The translations under genes were made by a program, and so were the position numbers. Source: Deinococcales bacterium (GTDB lineage: Bacteria; Deinococcota; Deinococci; Deinococcales; JAAFIG01). Taken from it: a DNA stretch of 64,000 nt. Positions 61,725-64,000 of the stretch are shown here, one piece after another. The notes under the pieces were generated by a model, which saw only the letters and a list, made by a program, of their open reading frames with translations, was not told the DNA's origin and did not search any database. The stretch is taken from the NCBI GenBank assembly GCA_031414595.1, contig JANNVX010000018.1, forward strand, positions 64,001-128,000, written 5' to 3'. Position 1 is the stretch's first letter; the number at the start of each line of letters is the position of its first letter.

Positions 61725-63040
61725 GGTTTCACCACGCTGACTATTGCTCCTGGCTCGAGCGCGGCTGGAACAGGAAAAACCACCACTGCCCCGCTTGGAA
61801 TCCCCGAAACCGCAACTTGACCGGCACTTTCGGACAGCACCCGAACGGCTGCCCGTCCTGCAGTGTTATTTTTAACAAGGTAGACAAAGTAATTCTGCCC
61901 TTCGGCACGAAGCGCCGCCGATGGCAAAATCACCCCTTTAGCCAGTCGTAAATTGTACTCGAGGCGAATGGTCGTACCAAGTTTCAAACCCGTTAAATTT
62001 TGATTTGGTAAAATTCTGCCACGCAAGCGCACCAAACGATTCTCCGATGGCACTCGAGCCTCCTCCGAAACTTTTGCAGCAACTCGTTTGCCCTGCACGA
62101 CAACACTGAGCCGTGTTCCTGTTTTTAGTAAATCGGCATCAAAAGCTGGCACTTGAAAAACCAATTTCAGGCTACTCGGGTCAATCAAACGCAGCACTTT
62201 AGTACCTGCGGTGGCAAATTCACCTGTTTCTACAAAAACCTCGGCAATTTCACCCGTAAAAGGTGCTTTGACACTGGCTCGAGCCACATCTGCTTGCAAC
62301 TGCACCACCCGATTTTGTGCCTGCGCCACTGCAATACGTTGGCTTTCTAAGCCCTCAGAAGTTGCCCGACCAATCCGCCCCAAAGCCGCCCGTGCTGTCT
62401 CGAGTTCGGTCTGGGTATTTTTTAGTGCGGCTTGCGAATTTTGCAATTCGACTAAGGAAACTCCACCCAAGGCATAAATTTTTTGATTGGCTGTCACAAT
62501 TCGGGCTGCATTATCCACTGCCACCAGACTCGAGGACAAGCGCAAACGTGCCTGACTTGCATCCTCTGGATTCTGGCGTGTTGCCGAACGCCACGCCACT
62601 TGTGCCGAAGTGAGGGCTAAACGCGCATCTTCAAGGGCATTTTGGGTTTGCGCCGACTCGAGCAGCAAAATGGTCTCGCCAGCTTTGACCAAAGCACCAG
62701 CTCGTTTCAGGATTTTTAAGACCCGCCCAGAAGCCTCCGCAACCACGTTAGCATCAGTAACTGCAACCAAGTTCGCACTGACGCTTCTCGAAGTGCTAAG
62801 AACACCCTCAGTGCTTTTGATCACCTGAACAGCAGTCCGTTCAATAACAGGCTGAGAGGTAATAGGTTGAGCCGCTTTGGTTTCCTCGGCGCAGGACAAG
62901 AGGCTCGAGGACAGAAAAAGCGCGACTAGGAGTTTTGGCAAAAGCGCGGGTGTGGCAGGGCGATGACTACGGAAACTCATGTTATTCATGCGTAGGGGCG
63001 AACCTTGTGTTCGCCCCATAACAGATGATTCATCGGTCAT
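61721..63040 (-). CDS. RND membrane fusion protein (lipoprotein); start uncertain
   Basis: LLSC lipobox, lipoyl halves G.V..G and KAPFTG, LPSAAL. Confidence 0.9.
   Translation of the reverse strand: MTDESSVMGRTQGSPLRMNNMSFRSHRPATPALLPKLLVALFLSSSLLSCAEETKAAQPITSQPVIERTAVQVIKSTEGVLSTSRSVSANLVAVTDANVVAEASGRVLKILKRAGALVKAGETILLLESAQTQNALEDARLALTSAQVAWRSATRQNPEDASQARLRLSSSLVAVDNAARIVTANQKIYALGGVSLVELQNSQAALKNTQTELETARAALGRIGRATSEGLESQRIAVAQAQNRVVQLQADVARASVKAPFTGEIAEVFVETGEFATAGTKVLRLIDPSSLKLVFQVPAFDADLLKTGTRLSVVVQGKRVAAKVSEEARVPSENRLVRLRGRILPNQNLTGLKLGTTIRLEYNLRLAKGVILPSAALRAEGQNYFVYLVKNNTAGRAAVRVLSESAGQVAVSGIPSGAVVVFPVPAALEPGAIVSVVKP
62992..63017 (+). repeat. GTAG-type REP element
   Basis: GTA-GGGGCGAAC-CTTGT-GTTCGCCCC. 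Confidence 0.7.
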
Positions 63041-64000
63041 GACCCTTTCACCAATCCTGTCACGTCAACCCCTGCGGCTAGGCTCAAGCCTGATATAGCC
63101 CGCAAGTACCCATTTTCGGCTCGAGCCACCGATTGTTTGGCTTGTAACTCGGTCAATTGGGTTGCCTCGAGTTGAACTTTTGAGATTAACCCTTGTTTCA
63201 GGCGCTCCTCGTCATTTTTGGTGTTACGGGTGGCGACGGTTAAGTTCTGCTTGGCGACCCCAATGCCTTCGGCAGCCGCATTGACCGTGCGAATGGTGTC
63301 TCGAAAGGTATTGACGGCGCGGCGTTTAGTGCTGGCAAGCGCACGGCGGGCATTCTCGAGTCCCGATGCAGCCTCGCGTTTTTGTTGTTCTGGGGTGTAA
63401 TCGTTGTCGGTAATTTTGACGTTTAGCTCGGCAAATTCTACCGCTTGGATGGCTTGAACCAGTTGTGGTGCGCGGTCTTCAAGGTTCTGCTCGAGTTCGG
63501 CAATGTTTAATTTTACCGCCCTATACGCTGGTGCTTCGGCGATATTGACTTCTGCCCCACGTGCTAAACCCAACACCCGCGCAAGGCGTGCCATGATCAC
63601 AGGACGGGAGGCTTTGGTGTCTGACAATTGTTGTTGCACACCTGCTACATCGGTTTCGGCGCGTTGGACATCTACAGGTGTGGCAGTTCGGGCTTGCAGT
63701 CGGGCTTTGGTGATTTCAAGGGTGCGGCTGACGAGTTTTAATTGTGCCTCGAGAACTTCTACTGCGTCTTTGGCTTCGGCTAAATTAAGAAATTCACTGA
63801 CAGTTTCGTTGCTTACGTCTAGTCGCACACTGGCGAGTTGGGCGGTACTTATTTCTGCGCTGTGCTTGGCTTGTAATAAATCGGTAATCAGGGCGGTTGG
63901 GTCGGCATTGCGAGCGGCGAATGTTCGATTGGCTAAAACCAAGGCATTCTCGGCATTTTTAATATCGCTATTGGCTTCCAGTGCCATAACCACCCCACGT
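63037..64000 (-). CDS. TolC-family outer-membrane efflux protein (5' end outside window)
   Basis: Two OEP-like helical repeats (ARLQARTATPVDV, RLKQGLISKVQL) upstream of the MFP and RND genes. Confidence 0.8.
   Translation of the reverse strand, partial: RGVVMALEANSDIKNAENALVLANRTFAARNADPTALITDLLQAKHSAEISTAQLASVRLDVSNETVSEFLNLAEAKDAVEVLEAQLKLVSRTLEITKARLQARTATPVDVQRAETDVAGVQQQLSDTKASRPVIMARLARVLGLARGAEVNIAEAPAYRAVKLNIAELEQNLEDRAPQLVQAIQAVEFAELNVKITDNDYTPEQQKREAASGLENARRALASTKRRAVNTFRDTIRTVNAAAEGIGVAKQNLTVATRNTKNDEERLKQGLISKVQLEATQLTELQAKQSVARAENGYLRAISGLSLAAGVDVTGLVKGS

Overview
Bacterial chromosomal window, most likely from a relatively low-GC member of Deinococcota. This is inferred from the Thermus-type TrmB with a C-terminal extension, a DUF4388-like protein and pervasive leaderless TANNNT-N6/7-start promoters. 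The backbone carries asnS, trmB, yhhQ, cysI, a thiolase, an ALDH16-like dehydrogenase, ftsY, ccdA, an M3 peptidase, ispH, a SAM-I-controlled metY-orf-metX operon, a ROK/ABC/GH3/esterase/GH78 glycoside locus, mazEF and an RND efflux operon. Accessory content at about 9.1-22.3 kb comprises a complete IS982 element (17-bp IRs, 7-bp TSD), an AT-rich 1.5-kaa sacsin-like GHKL ATPase/DUF3883 gene, a small-ORF/Zeta-like P-loop pair and two tandem Ser/Thr kinase-STAND NTPase-TPR paralogues. The most striking unannotated signals are: (i) extreme, frame-independent over-representation of the palindrome CTCGAG, a HIP1-like signature that thins out in the foreign-looking DNA; (ii) two cargo insertions, each bracketed by a duplicated 5' end of the downstream gene with one homology boundary at a CTCGAG; (iii) a roughly 200-nt SAM-I riboswitch with large structured insertions; and (iv) GTAG-type REP elements, some of which appear to be translated inside genes. 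All family assignments are from motif recognition by eye; no database search was run.
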